From Adineta vaga (taxonomy: Eukaryota; Animalia; Rotifera): a stretch of 64,000 bases of DNA. The stretch is from the NCBI GenBank assembly GCA_021613535.1, contig CP075494.1:10726001-10790000 (forward strand), in the 5' to 3' direction. The translations under genes and the position numbers were made by a program. Shown here piece by piece: positions 27,263 through 39,972 of this stretch (position 1 is the stretch's first letter; each line of letters begins with the position of its first letter). Below the pieces are notes generated by a model that had not been told where the DNA came from, did not search any database, and worked only from the letters and a program-made list of their open reading frames with translations.

Positions 27263-27889
27263 ATAACGAATGAAAAAGAAAGAAAATTCTATATATTTTT
27301 AACGTATGAACAGCTTAGAAATTCCATCAAACAGCGTTTATATAAAAACAGCATATGATAGATTTTTCTCAAATTTTTTCGTTGTTTTTTTTTCCTTGTT
27401 GTTTATCTAACTAAGCATGTTTTTGATTATAATATAAAAAAAAGATGGCAAAACAACACAAGAACATATAAATTATATCATAATTCATCTCTTCTATTCT
27501 CATAGGTTTGTGTTTTTCTTTTGTTCTTTCCGTTATATGTTGTTCTTATTTTGTGTTTACTTGTTTATTGATCAGTTTTGTTCTACCATAACTGCAATTA
27601 ATGCTCTTGTATGTACAACTTTGTTGCTACATTGGACTTGAGATAACAAGAAAATTTGAAAAACATTACATACATATCTAGAGAAATTGAATAAATTAGA
27701 CTAACAAAGTATCGATCTGAAAATGATTTCTATTTGAAAACGTATGATTAAGTTGCTTTATTCTGCTTTATTGAGGATTAATTTTCTAATAGGATATCAA
27801 ATATAAAATGATATTTGAAAGCATTTGTTCTTATATTTATTTCAATGATGTAAAACAATTCTTATGAAAAGTTTCTTATTGAAATAATG

Positions 27890-28135
27890 CTAATCTTTAT
27901 TCAAGAGTTTTTTTAAGAATTTCATACGATCAATGTCTGGTCTATTAATTTCATTATCACTGTAATCATTATCGTGAATATCTCGCGTAAACCAAGCATA
28001 GGCAAAATTACTTCCTGCTGATCGTTGATTTGGTCCGGCGATTGTACGAGGATGTTCATATCTAGCCAAAACCATATTTAATAGTAGAACAAGAATTGTT
28101 AATTGAACAAGTAATCGAACGGATGATGAAGTCAT
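27890..28135 (-). CDS. Small secreted prepropeptide 1 (81 aa) with YAWFTRDI core
   Basis: Hydrophobic signal peptide (LLVQLTILVLLLNMVLA). Motif shared with the two neighbours. TATAAAA upstream (about 28207-28213) and AATAAA downstream (about 27757-27772). Confidence 0.75.
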   Translation of the reverse strand: MTSSSVRLLVQLTILVLLLNMVLARYEHPRTIAGPNQRSAGSNFAYAWFTRDIHDNDYSDNEINRPDIDRMKFLKKLLNKD

Positions 28136-29313
28136 GTTGAGGAATGTTGTTTAATAGAATATAATGAATTTACTTGATATTACTAAGTGACAAAATATTA
28201 CCGGGATTTTATAAAGTGAAATCAAATCTAAAATAAATATGAAATATTTGCATTGACACGTCAAACGGAAATGAACCACAATTTGCCTTTTACTTGTTAA
28301 TTTAGAGATAGAAAGAAACGATCGTCGGAGGAAAAATAGAAATATGCAAATATTATAAAGCGAGATTATTGTTCATTTATTTGACTTTTCTATCTATTAA
28401 ATAGAATAGAGAACATTTCATCATAGTTAGTTCTTTGTGCAGATTGACTAACGATTAAAATATCTTAATCATGTCAACATATATATAAAAGACAAGATTA
28501 CCTTAGGCATCATATTGTTCAATAAGTTCTCTTGGTATATTTCTATTGTTTTCTGTTTCATGACTATTCTACGGTTTATATATATATATATATTGGGAGA
28601 GGGAGAGAAAAGCGACATGTTACGGTATGTTCATTTTAGAATAATAAATAAAGCATGAAAACTATGATAAAAGAAAGGTAATATTGACTCTTTTGCCGGA
28701 GAAAAGAAAACTTCTCTGTTCTTAAGTTCAAAATGATATACATAAATTTCATCAATATGATTGCTACATCTGATAGTCATTAGACTAATAAAGAAAAGTA
28801 AAATCTTTGGATTAAAACTTTTTCCATTTCTTCAAAAAGAAAATACGAACAAAACAAAACAAAACAAAACACACACACTACTTACTACATCTAAGTGCAA
28901 AATTTGAGTTAGTATTTCGAATGATTCGATACGTTTTCTATATTTTAGTAGAGTTCAGTTCAGATCTTTCTCGAACGTAGAGACATTAGATGGAGTCAGA
29001 GTATTTCTTATATTTGAATGAAAATTACCTAACTGTAGAAAAAAAAACATGACAAACTAAACCATCGATGAAATTAAATGCGACCATTTCATTTTTCTAA
29101 AATGTTTCTTCTTCTGCACTTCATCGAATTCACTTCGATCACAAGAAGGGAAGAAAAGTTATTTATGTATTATAAAATGTTTAAACAACGATTCATTCTC
29201 TTACTCACAAATAACAACCTACGGGTAATTGCTGAAATACTTTAGTTTTTCTAGATCGTTGCGAATGGACATTTATTTTATGAAAAACGTTCACATGAAA
29301 AAAAACTAGAACT

Positions 29314-29568
29314 TCATCGATATTTGTTCAATAGAATATTTAACATATCTTTCGAAGAATATTTTTTTGAATGTTCCATTTGAGATTGAAATTCATCGAT
29401 ATTCGTATCTTCATGAATATCACGTGTAAACCATACGTAACGATTATCATGTTCGGGAGAGATCGGTCGTGTTAATTTTAAACCTTTTCGTTTCGAAGAA
29501 GTTGCTTCGGTTGATTTACATACGACGTTAAGTAATAGAATAATAAGAAGAATTTTTGCATAAATCAT
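29314..29568 (-). CDS. Small secreted prepropeptide 2 (84 aa) with DNRYVWFTRDI core
   Basis: Signal MIYAKILLIILLLNVVCKSTEA, KRK basic site, shared motif, AATAAA just downstream. Confidence 0.75.
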   Translation of the reverse strand: MIYAKILLIILLLNVVCKSTEATSSKRKGLKLTRPISPEHDNRYVWFTRDIHEDTNIDEFQSQMEHSKKYSSKDMLNILLNKYR

Positions 29569-30078
29569 GATTAAATTAAATTCAATATATCGATCGCTAT
29601 TGTATTGATAAAGAAACGATCGCTCCTTCTTTAAATACACCTTGACAAGGATGGAAGGAGAAGGTAGTTTGTCATGTCTGTAAAAAGATCCATTGTCTAT
29701 TTATCTATTAAATAGTTGTAGAATGAACACAATGATTAAATACAACTGACTCATGAATCTCTCACCTAAGTTTCTGATTCTCCTACAGATCTCTTGATTT
29801 TAATGTTATATTGAATTCGTAATCATGAATATTTTATTTTAATAGAAGCTATCAAATACGAAGATCAATCTTGATAATGCGTAAAGTAAATATTTTCTTT
29901 CAATTAATACCCCCTCGGTTTCGATGAATCGTGATGATTGTACAATATTTAGTCAGTTCTTTAAAACCTGTACATGAACTTTCCGTAGCGTAATGAAACC
30001 ATAAGCAAATGGTTTCGACTTTTTTTTATTCAAGAAAATCTTTCAATTTACTTTTTACAAGAAAATCTTCAAATGCAA

Positions 30079-30339
30079 TCATTGATAATAAAGCAGTTCT
30101 TTTCGAAAGAGATATTTGAGTAAATTTCGTGTTCGATGTTTTTGTAAATGATGTTTTGTATTTCTAAAGTCACTCTGAATACTTCGAGTAATCCACACAT
30201 ATCGATTATCACAATCGGGTGCACATGACTGTATCAATTGAGAATACTTCTGTTTAGTGTAGAACAGATTTGGAAAGCCATAGGTAAAATTTAACAGAAT
30301 TAAGAAGAATAAAACTTGTTTCGAGGGCATGATTTTCAT
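30079..30339 (-). CDS. Small secreted prepropeptide 3 (86 aa) with DNRYVWITRSI core
   Basis: Signal QVLFFLILLNFTYG, shared motif, probable 5'UTR intron about 30374-30429, AATAAA downstream (about 30025-30030). Confidence 0.7.
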   Translation of the reverse strand: MKIMPSKQVLFFLILLNFTYGFPNLFYTKQKYSQLIQSCAPDCDNRYVWITRSIQSDFRNTKHHLQKHRTRNLLKYLFRKELLYYQ

Positions 30340-33300
30340 ATGGACATACGAAGTTTAAGAGAGATGATTAGAGCTAAAAAATAGCAAAGAAAGGAATAAT
30401 CGGAAGAAATTTCGAATGAGTAAACTTACTGTTAGGAAAAGAAATCAATATGATTGAGTTCAAGAGATTTAAAAACAATTGATATATTTCTGACTCAGAA
30501 GACGTAGGATGAGAGTGGGTCTAATTTATTTCCAGAAATAGAGAAAAATATAATCGTGAATGACAAGTATGATATGAAGAAAGAATGAAAACGAAGACTC
30601 GAGAAAGGAATGCAATTAGAATACATTTGCACCGAATCTTTATAATATCCGCTTCACAAACGAAGTTTGAAATACGAAATCATAGAGATGAAAACATTTT
30701 CATAAAGATTTCAATAGAATAAAATAGAATCTTTGTTCAGATAATTATATACGAACTTAAGAAGTTCAAATTAAATCAAATAAGTAATCATTAAGGAGAA
30801 GTTATGAATAAAGGTTAGAAAAATAGCTAAAAAAGGCTTGGAGACATGATTTCCAAACATTGTTTTGGTACATCTATCGTCAACCCACATGTTAAAAGGA
30901 CATTTCTGATTAATCTTCTATTTGTATTCTAATGAAATTAGATGATTGTAAAGGTTGTCTTATTGTATAATCAATCGAATTCTAACGTTTATTTTCTTAT
31001 TCAAATAAGCAATTGTAATTGTCATTTTGTGTATATAAAAGAAAATATTGTGCCGGTTAGAATTAACAAGAAAGAAGTTCTATGAATACATTTTCAGTGC
31101 TATTGACAACCGTCGTTGACGCTTTTTTTCTTCATGTTTTCAAATGATCACAGCAATAACATATTGAGAAATCATATCTTCAATTAACAATCTTTTGATG
31201 TATTTTCTTTTTCTTTTTTTATTTATTCATTCATTAAAGAAAGAAAAACACACATTATACACAAACTGCCAAAAATCATCTCTTGCTAGGCTATAACTTG
31301 ACATTTGCCATTCTAATGATGTTTTATAGTAAACAAAATCGTACATTGGATGGCATTACGTTGAAATCAAAAGAATATCGACGAATGAGCTTCTCAAATC
31401 CATACACGGCTAAACTGTCAGATAAAAGTATTTATCCATTTATGACTGATCAGTCAACCATGTAACGATCGATGGAAGCATAAGAGATATTCAACTATAC
31501 ATGTCTTCATAAACCTACCTGTCTAGCTCGTTATAAGAAAAACGAACGACTGATACTTGTTGTGGTTATATGCCTAATGATGCTTCGAATAATCATGCGC
31601 GACAGAAGCAACGACTCGTTACTTTTCTTCTCGTTTTTTTTCAAGCTAGGAAGATATCTTTCTACCATAGTGGTGTTTAGAAGCATACATAACATGGCCT
31701 TCAAGCTTCTTTCTTCTCCTTCTCTCCTTGGTTGTAATTGCGTTTGTATCTTGTTGCTTATACGAAAGGATATCGAGGTGGTGACAAACATACGAAAAAA
31801 AAACGTACCATCAGCATACACTCCAATAAACATGCGTTGTTTTTCATCTTTCACCTTCAAACGATATTTTTTTCTCCACAGTAAAAATATCCCAAGAAGA
31901 CAATGTCGTTGATCGATACTTGTACACAAGCATCACTACTAACAAACATACATACATACATACGTACATATACAAAAAAAAAGAATCTGTTCTTAAAACG
32001 AAACGCGTACGCGAACATACATGAAGAAAGTGTTTGCATCACTCGCTTACAGCGTTCGTTTTCTCTCTATGTCTCTGTCTCTGTCTCTCCTTTTTTTTCG
32101 TGTGCACCACTCATACTAATGCAATCATTTCTCTCTATCGCTTGTCTTTTTTTTCGTAGTTTTTCATGCTCTGCATTTTTCTTTCTCATACTCACATGCT
32201 TTATGTCTATGGGAGTCTTAATTTCGTTTTTTTTGTCCTCTCTCTTTTCTCTCTTTCCGATTACATACATCGATGGCGACATTCGTACTGAGAGACAAAA
32301 TCTTAGTGTAAAAGAAAAAAAGAACATGTATGTGTGTGTGCCAACACAATCATACACAACAGTAGACAGAGAGCCTTCGAAATTTCTATGTGTATGTTTT
32401 TTTTTCTATTTTTTTCTTCTTCTTCAAGGTCAAAATACAGAGATAAGCGACAATCGACAATTATTTTATAAAGTATAATAAAATTTAACTAAGTAAATAT
32501 CAGTTTCTTAGATGAAAATATTGAGATTTTCTCTTAATAACACTCACGAATGATATGAAATCAATCATCAAGGAAGGTATCAGTTGAATAGAACGATATA
32601 GAAAAACCAATTGTCGACATCTTCTTTTTGTCGTATCGAATATCTCTATTGCTAATAATAGAAAATTGTTATATGTTGGACATAGTTTATTACTTTCGAT
32701 GAGCCGCATACCCATCATCTGATATAATCATATAGGCAAAAGAAAAGAAACATCGAATGACATTTGCATTTCCATTAGCGAGTGCATGGAACAGTCTTAA
32801 TTTTCTTGCTCATCTCGACAGCTGACAATACATATAGACAAAAGATATGTATCTAACGGATACTACTGACATACAGGCACATCATCTTTTTGCTATAATA
32901 TGAACGAGAGTATGTCTGTCTTTGTATATATACATACAAATGCATATAGAGGAATAGAGAAAGATATCTTTATACACTTCATCTTATCATTGTCAACTGT
33001 AAAAGAGAATTGTTGAGAGGTATACATATCAATAGAATATCTTTCATTGGACAGTTGCTGTTATATAGAAAAGTAATATAACTGATCGATGAAAGAATAT
33101 ATATATATATATATTACTCATCAGAAATACGACAAGTCAAAGGATATTGATTGTTAAAAATTGCTTCGTCAAACAAAGTTTATCCGTCGTTTTTTTCTCT
33201 TTCTTTTTTTCGATAGATTCGTATAACAATCAATTAAGCGAACGTTTGTTGTTTCGATATAACATCTTGTCAATTATATACAAGTCTCACATCGATATTC

Positions 33301-33448
33301 TTCTCTCTTCACACAGTGACTAGACTCCATGCAATAACACTCATTAATCATTTGATCATATGTATTCAATTAATAAAGAAAAAAAAAACTATCTGTGAGA
33401 CGACACAGTTTGTCATAGAACTTCTTTTATTTGTAATGAATAACTTTT

Positions 33449-33871
33449 CTACCATAATAATGATTTATTACAATCGTCTTGATCATCTATTGTTGTCGTT
33501 GTGGATTTATATGAACAACCAACTGAAGAAAAGATTAGAATTTTTATTCCACTATGTTCAATTAAAGCAAAATGTTGTGAATAGATTTGATCATGATCAA
33601 ATGAGTTTCCAGCAATAATTGAAAATTGATATTGAGAATAAGTTCGTTCAAGTTCTTCTTGTAGATAATTAATTAAATCTTGTAATGTACCAATTAAATG
33701 TGGAAATGATTGATGTGTTTCATGTGCAACATTTACTAAACGTTCAATATACGAACCAAAACCATTACCTTGACTATGTATAACATAAGCACGTGGTGGT
33801 TTTAAAACAATTTGACTAATTGTATCTGTGGATTCAGATTTTATTAGGTGATTATATGATGTCGTAAGCAT
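33449..33871 (-). CDS. Divergent dynein light chain (LC8/DLC1 fold)-like protein, single exon
   Basis: DLINYLQEELERTYSQYQFSIIAGNSF..QHFALIEHSGIKILIFSS parallels LC8 [44 protein letters not shown]. Confidence 0.6.
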   Translation of the reverse strand: MLTTSYNHLIKSESTDTISQIVLKPPRAYVIHSQGNGFGSYIERLVNVAHETHQSFPHLIGTLQDLINYLQEELERTYSQYQFSIIAGNSFDHDQIYSQHFALIEHSGIKILIFSSVGCSYKSTTTTIDDQDDCNKSLLW

Positions 33872-34669
33872 GATGTCAAGTTAGTTAAAGAATAAAAGAC
33901 GACTTTAAACAAATAATGATAACATAGATATCTCTCCTATCGTTTCTTTTATATTAGAAAATGATTGCAACATGTCGAAAGATATATAGAGTGCATCGAA
34001 ATGAAAACAACAGTAGAAGCAGCTGTTGTTATTTTGAATAGTACTACTTGAATGGTACTCTCTTGTAGTCGATTTTTGATACTGTAATATGTTCATGAAT
34101 ATGTATCAAATGTACATAGCCTTATTAGATTCCTAACTAACCCTGATACGATTACAAATTCCATACTGATTAATAAAAATTTTTCCATTGATTGTATATT
34201 GATTTGTAGGAGAAAAAACCCTAATACTTTGTCTAATCAATGATCAAATATTGACTTTTGAATCTACAAGATAAATGAAGTTTTCTATATATTTCAATTG
34301 ATTATTTGACAAATTTGTATAATCCGATGGTAATAATACCGGAATACTTTTAGTGGAGAGAATACGTATGACCTTTACATTTCAATTTATTTGTTTTTAC
34401 TCAGAGTTCTATAAAATCTATTGATCTTCTTCGGGATCAATTATTTGTGTGTGTATACAGATAAGAATCTTTATCATGAACATTCTGTACTGCTGTTTAT
34501 GAATGGTTCTTCTTCGAACAAATCATATGATAAGCGATTGATGTCTTTATTTCGTTCCGTTCCATTCTTCTTTCGTTCGTTTGTTGTTTTCATTTCGACG
34601 GTCATTTCGTTTAACATTCATTTTCATCGAAGACGTGGATCGTATTAGTAGCACACGTTCAATTTGAAG

Positions 34670-35503
34670 ATGATCGTTCGATTTCTAATCATCTGTTATG
34701 TATTCACATTTCCAATTACTATTCAAGCCTTACGTCGTCGCTGTAACAACACAGGTGTTTTATTTACGGATAAAATTTTCGGTTCACCAATTATTGTTTA
34801 TGGTGAATCGATACGAAAGGCAATTTATCTCGAAACTGAAACTGAATTATTGTTCAACGTTACATTTCGTGTCGATTGTATTCTCAAAGGTGCAAAACTT
34901 GAACATCAAATTGAAATAACGAGCGCAGGTATTTCCTAAAGTTTTTAGTAATTGAAATGGCAATTTTGCTCTTTAGGTATCAAAGAAGGACGTAATGCAT
35001 GTCAATGGCTTGATCCAGGGTATTCCTATGTTGTTTTTCTTGAAAAATGTCAATCAAATATGACTCTCTATTGTCCATTTGATTATCAAGAACGTGTTGT
35101 TGATGAAATGACACATGAATTATTACAAAGAACATGTCATCTAACAGGCATTCCTCCATTACATTCAACAACCAATAATTGTCCTAATGTATCAATGCCT
35201 GAATCCTGTCCAAGTAAGCTTTTTTTTTCATTTTATCAAAAATGACTCCATTATTCATGATTGTTATTAGATGAGGAAGGTGAAATGAAAATCATACCGA
35301 AATCCAAACATATAGATGATGATGATCATAATATTAATATGAGAACATCATTTAATAATATCAATCAATTTCATTTACAGTCGAATTCTACTTCGTCAAG
35401 ATCAATCGTTGGTCAAATTGTAGATAATCCAAATAATCACAATCGTTTAACACCATTAAATTCGATTTGGATAATTCTACTTATAATTTGTATATACAAT
35501 TAA
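34670..35503 (+). CDS. Secreted, possibly GPI-anchored Cys-rich protein with an agrin NtA/OB-fold-like domain, 3 exons
   Basis: Signal peptide. SPIIVYG..VTFRVDCILKG..ITSAG..CQWLDPGYSYVVFL pattern. Hydrophobic extreme C-terminus IWIILLIICIYN. Introns about 34929-34976 and 35214-35270. Confidence 0.6.
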
Positions 35504-35913
35504 ACTTTTTCTTCTGTGTTCTGTAGATTATCAAATAATAATTCGTTTTCGTCATAGACAAATAAATGGACTAGAATTTCAACTGCTATCTTTTTAAATA
35601 TATGTCTAGTGTTCAAAACAATAATTCTAACAGCTTGAAAGCAGAGCGTGTATGATTATCACTTAATAAAGTAAATTGACTATCATTATGATGATAGTTT
35701 GAATAAGGAAACAAAAACAATCAATCAATCATTTTTCTATTTAATAGTTCATTCTTGTCTTTGGAAATGAATTGATGATCTTCTATAGAATGTTTTTCGC
35801 TTCTTTTTTCTTTTTATTTCAAATCGGAAAACGATTGACACACAAACATCGTTTATATGAACAAAAAACGATGAACGATAGTTTTGTTATGTGTGCTATT
35901 AATTGATGGATGT

Positions 35914-36317
35914 TTAATCGAATAAGCCAAAGCCCTAAAAACAAGAAAAAAGACCATCAATTCAAATCTTTTTCGATGACAAAACAAATGTTCACATACC
36001 ATTTCATCATCCGACTCTTTTTCTTCTTTCTTTTCTTCTTTCTTCGCTTCTTTCTTTGGTGCTTCTTTGGCAGCTCCAGCAGCTGCAGCAGCTGGGGCAG
36101 CAGCACCGGCAGCTGGTGCTGAACCAATATTTTTAATAAGATCAGTGACTTTCGTGCCTTCTAAAGCACCAGCAAAGAGACCAGGCCAGTATGGTTCGAT
36201 TTCATAATTTGCAGCTTTTAAGATTGCTGAAATTTTGTCACCTTTGATGTCAACATTGTCATCAGCTAAGATAAGGGCTGCATAGACGCAAGCAAGTTCA
36301 TCGTTGCTTAAGGCCAT
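35914..36317 (-). CDS. RPLP1: 60S acidic ribosomal protein P1
   Basis: ELACVYAALILADD, EPYWPGLFA, Ala-rich hinge, and ESDDEM|GFGLFD* after intron 35999-35935. Confidence 0.97.
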
Positions 36318-36510
36318 TTGTGTTGAGTAAAAGATTTTCTAATTGAAAATAGAAGAAATTTGATCTGAAAAAGGAAAATGAGAATATTCATACAAGAGAT
36401 TATCGTTAAACAAACAAATACACGCGCACACACACAAAAAATATTGCATAACTTTTGTAGTTTTTTTTTGTTATAAGATACTGTTTAAAATTATATACAA
36501 AGATTCTATT

Positions 36511-39501
36511 CTAGGTCATAAATGTTGCAGAAGCTTGAGCAACACCTGATTTTGATTGGGTAGATGTAGATGATGTTGTTATCGTAGAAATAGGAGTTTG
36601 ATAAAGTGTACTAGATAATAATCGTGAAGGAGATTGTGCTTGAAGTTCACCATCTTGTCGAAGATGATTAAATTCATCAGTAAATTTCTTTCGAAGATTA
36701 AGTAATGTGGTATAACGTTGAGTAAGAACATCCTAACAATAGAAAAAAGTAAGAATTTCGAAATGAATGACACAATTTTTCATTACCAATGTCGAACGAT
36801 AACCAGGCATATAACGACAATAATAATTTTTCCATAGTTTTATATGTCGTGTTGAATTATTTAATAGTAAAACTTTATCTGATTTTTCTGTATAAGAAGG
36901 ATTTAAATATAATGCACGTTCGCGTAAGATCGGATACCATGCTGACATCGTATATTCCGAAACTTTCATTTCTGTCCGTAATTTATCCGAATTGAGTAAA
37001 AATGTACCATATTGACATGAATAAAGATTATCAGCAATAGTAACTAATAATTTTTCATTAAATTCAAATGCAGATGGAAACTAGAAATCGAGTACATTAG
37101 TAAAAAGTTTTATCTTTCAATCTATAGAAATTTACTTGTTGTAATAATTGAAATGTACAATCAAGAAATTGTAAGAATACAGGTGATCTTTCCGAATCAC
37201 TTTTATCACCATGACCAATACGCTAAAGAACATAAAATAATTAAATTTTCTTGAATTTTATCTTTCCTTACTAAGAAGAATTTATGTCCAAAACTAATCC
37301 ATTCTTTTTCAATTAAAATCATATAGCCATTCAATGTTCGATAATGTGCATCAAGCATTAACATTGCTAATGATGTTAACTATAAATAAATCATTGAATT
37401 TAATTAAAAAGAAATTTCGAAGAAAAAAATATGTATTCTTACTTGTGCAGTTCGATCCCATCCATCTGAACAATGTACTAATACTGATCGTTTTTCATTA
37501 TGAACCAATGAAACTAAACGAATAGCAGCAGTTAACACAGCCTATATAAGAAAGCATTTGTGAAATAACATTTAAAATATTCTTTTCTTCCTACTCGTAT
37601 GTGAAATAACCAGTTTGAATTCTCTAAATCGCTAAACCATGTCTTGTCTTCATGTGCAGCATTACGTATAGCAGCATGTAATTTGCGTAAGCTAAAATGA
37701 AACTTACATAAGTCTTCTGTTTCCTTTCGTTTCATTATTTACCTTTCTCTCATGACGTGAATATTTTGAATATTATGAAATTCTAATTCACAATTCGGAT
37801 AGTCTTCATATCCACCACCATTTGCCATATTAGCCATCGCATTGACTTTTGGACGAGCATCAAGTATGATTAGTTTAAAACCTTGATTGACATTAGCATC
37901 GGCGATTTTACGTAATAATTCAATATCATCGTCACATGTACGATTTGCTAAACCAGTCAATGGTTGACTTGATCGTGTTATAGTCGCATATGTTTCGCGA
38001 GAATACCAACTAAGTACCTTAAAGAAAAACAAATGATCAAGTATTGATTTGTCTTTATACATACTGGAATACGATTTCGACTACGAAAATCAGCTACACG
38101 TTGTAATCGTGTTGTATCAAAACTAGATGGAAGAACGAGAATATCTGGATATGTATCGCATAAGGCATAGTTTTTATTGATTTCTGCATTGATTGTCCAA
38201 TGTGGATCAGAATTTTGTTGAATACCCTAAATTCCAAAAAAAAAGAAGTTAAGATAAACAACACGCCAAACAAGTTTACCATTCGTGTAAAATCTTTCAT
38301 TTTATTGTATAGTGTCCAACCTTCATCAATAGTATTTGGACACATTTTTTTCTTATAATCCAAAGCAAAGAAAGCCTAGAAGAAAATAGATCGAATAGTT
38401 TGAAAAGACAATCGATGTAAGAAATTGAAAAGACTTACACCAAAGAATTGTAATGGATTTGTAATATCTGCTTTAGTAATAGAAAAGGGGAAAACAAGAC
38501 GAGTTAAATGATCTAATAAATTTCGCCGTTGATTTTGTTCTTTTGCATTTCCAAAAAAGAAATGACGTAAATCCTGAAAGAAATAATCGATAGATTTCTT
38601 TCTCAAAAATCTTCTGTTATATTTACTTTGCAAGTTATTTCAATTCCATATGCAGCACCATCACTCATATTACTTCTTGTTTGCCCGCCGATCTTTTCTA
38701 TCTGACTAATCATTCCTAATGGTACATCAACAAGTACCTACAAATAAAAACAAGAAATTCTTTGTAAGATAAATAAAGATAAGATTTCATACTTGAACTG
38801 AATCAGATGATTTTGTAACGAACATTAAACGATATTTTGTTACAACTAATTCTCCTCGACATGTTATTGGTCGATTGTGAATACGATAAGTAATTTCTAC
38901 AAATAGATTTGATTGATTTTGAATTCCGAAAAAAAACAGATTTTTCTTATTCTTACCTTCTCTCAATTTCACATCATCTTCTCCAGGAAGTAATTTAATC
39001 GGTAATGACAATTCGTACGTATGACCAACAGTTGGTTGTTGATCTTGTATAGCTGTTGTATGATATCGATCAAGCCCATATCCACGTGTTGCACCCTTAG
39101 GAAAAAGAAAATAGTAAGAAAACGATTTCTTTTAATCATTAAAAACTATAAATTAGCAAAAGAAGAAACGAGAGCCCATACAAAAGTGGACGATAATAGA
39201 TCAAATATCTGGACGGATGAGAAAATAACAGTAGGGGAGAAAATAAATTTGGGGAAAAAAAAAGAAGAAAAGAACTTACCACTATAGCTGATGATGTATT
39301 TTGGTAAGGAGATGGTGCAACATATTCATTTGATGATGATATCGATGAACCATCATCTCGTGCGCCAAAACTCATTTCACCGGCACCATGAGATGTTGGT
39401 TTTGAATGGATTAATGTGGCCATTGGACGTAAATGAATATCATCATTACTATTCGATCGATTGAAATTATTCATCGACTCACGATGAACATCGCGAGACA
39501 T
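36511..39501 (-). CDS. Myotubularin-family PI3P phosphatase (MTM1/MTMR1/MTMR2-like), multi-exon
   Basis: Catalytic [14 protein letters not shown] (about 37443-37485). Also [46 protein letters not shown] and an N-terminal PH-GRAM region. Confidence 0.95.
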
Positions 39502-39972
39502 ATCGCGATGATTTCAATTTGGCAAAAAATCTAGATGATCGTATTAACTCTGAAGAACGATTGAAATGGAATAAATATAAATAAACACTTGTAATTTGTG
39601 GATGGAGGAATGATTGGAACTCCAATGCATTAAATGAATATAAAAAATTTAATTTAATTTAGAATTTTTTCTAATGTTTTATTAATAATTATCCATTATT
39701 AGCTAAGAATAAGAGTACAAAAGTCTTTTGAGAATTTTCCTATGTTGAAAGATGTCGCTAGCTTCATATCGAAATTTTCGACTGCAAAAAGTTATTTATC
39801 TCTATTGTAAGAACGCGTGTTCTTAATTTTCCATCTATTCTTTTCTTTTACTTGAAATGAATTATCTCTGAAACGAATAGTTAAGTCATATATTTTCTTT
39901 AAAAGAAACATTAATCATCTAGTGATATTCGAAGATAATTTTCAACAATTAGAAAATCAATGTGGCTGAAAC

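Noticed and set aside
31531-32478. Overlapping ORFs of 96-191 aa on both strands
   Set aside because: They arise from stop-poor CT/TACA low-complexity sequence and have no family motifs.
33317-33324. TGACTAGA resembling a miR-279-family 5' end or target site
   Set aside because: There is no complementary arm for a hairpin, and a lone 8-mer is not distinguishable from chance.
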